Assembly (NCBI RefSeq): GCF_004010195.1
Contig: NC_057757.1
Coordinates: 1,241,027-1,261,026 of the forward strand
Length of the DNA: 20,000 nucleotides
From: Chiloscyllium plagiosum
Lineage: Eukaryota
Reading direction: 5' to 3'
Positions 19,777 through 20,000 of this stretch are shown here, piece by piece. The notes beneath the pieces were generated by a model. That model was given only the letters and a program-made list of their open reading frames with translations. It searched no databases and was not told the origin of the DNA. Positions within the stretch are counted from its first letter, which is position 1. Each line of letters begins with the position of its first letter. The position numbers were made by a program, and so were the translations under genes.

Positions 19777-19866
19777 TGGGTATATGAATAGGAAGGGTTT
19801 GGAGGCATATGGGCCAGGTGCTGGCAAATGGGACTAGATTGGTTAGGATATCTGATTGGCATGGAG

Positions 19867-19963
19867 TGTGCAAGTTAGGTGCATTAGGCAGGGATAAATG
19901 TACGGTAATAGGGGAATGAGTCTGGGTGGGTTAATCTTTGGAGGGTTGGTGTGGACTTGTTGG
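19867..19963 (+). mobile_element. 3' half of HE1-like SINE
   Basis: Matches 3470-3540 (GTCTGGGTGGGTTA.TCTT, GTGTGGACTTGTTGG). Confidence 0.75.
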
Positions 19964-20000
19964 TAAAAACAATGACTGCAGATGCTGGAAACCAGATTCT
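19964..20000 (-). mobile_element. Tail of a relative of the palindromic element (cut by window end)
   Basis: Shares GACTGCAGATGCTGGA with 19570-19585. Confidence 0.55.

Larger units (their letters stand above)
19082..19866 (+). mobile_element. CR1 3' fragment interrupted by palindromic element
   Basis: Closely similar to 17545-18000. Encodes YRTLVRPLLEYCVQFWSP. Confidence 0.9.

Overview
Repeat-dense eukaryotic DNA, most likely from a shark or other cartilaginous fish, judging from HE1/V-SINE-like SINEs and the CR1, Rex1/Babar and Penelope families. No intact host gene is supportable, and most of the ORF track consists of fragments of decayed retroelements or their antisense. The window holds a near full-length degenerate CR1 LINE (8655-12720) and a Rex1/Babar LINE nested in another LINE. 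It also has several CR1 3' fragments, five tRNA-derived SINE copies, a Penelope GIY-YIG remnant split by a solo LTR, and a Gypsy-type gag remnant with a PBS. Two structures stand out. (1) Four young ~110-220 bp palindromic insertions with 13-16 bp target-site duplications; three are centred on a minimal hammerhead-ribozyme motif, which is also seen at the 3' end of the Penelope remnant. (2) The gag remnant is interrupted by inverted copies of its own flanking sequence, forming two back-to-back hairpins. Family names come from motif recognition, not database searches, and boundaries of old elements are approximate.
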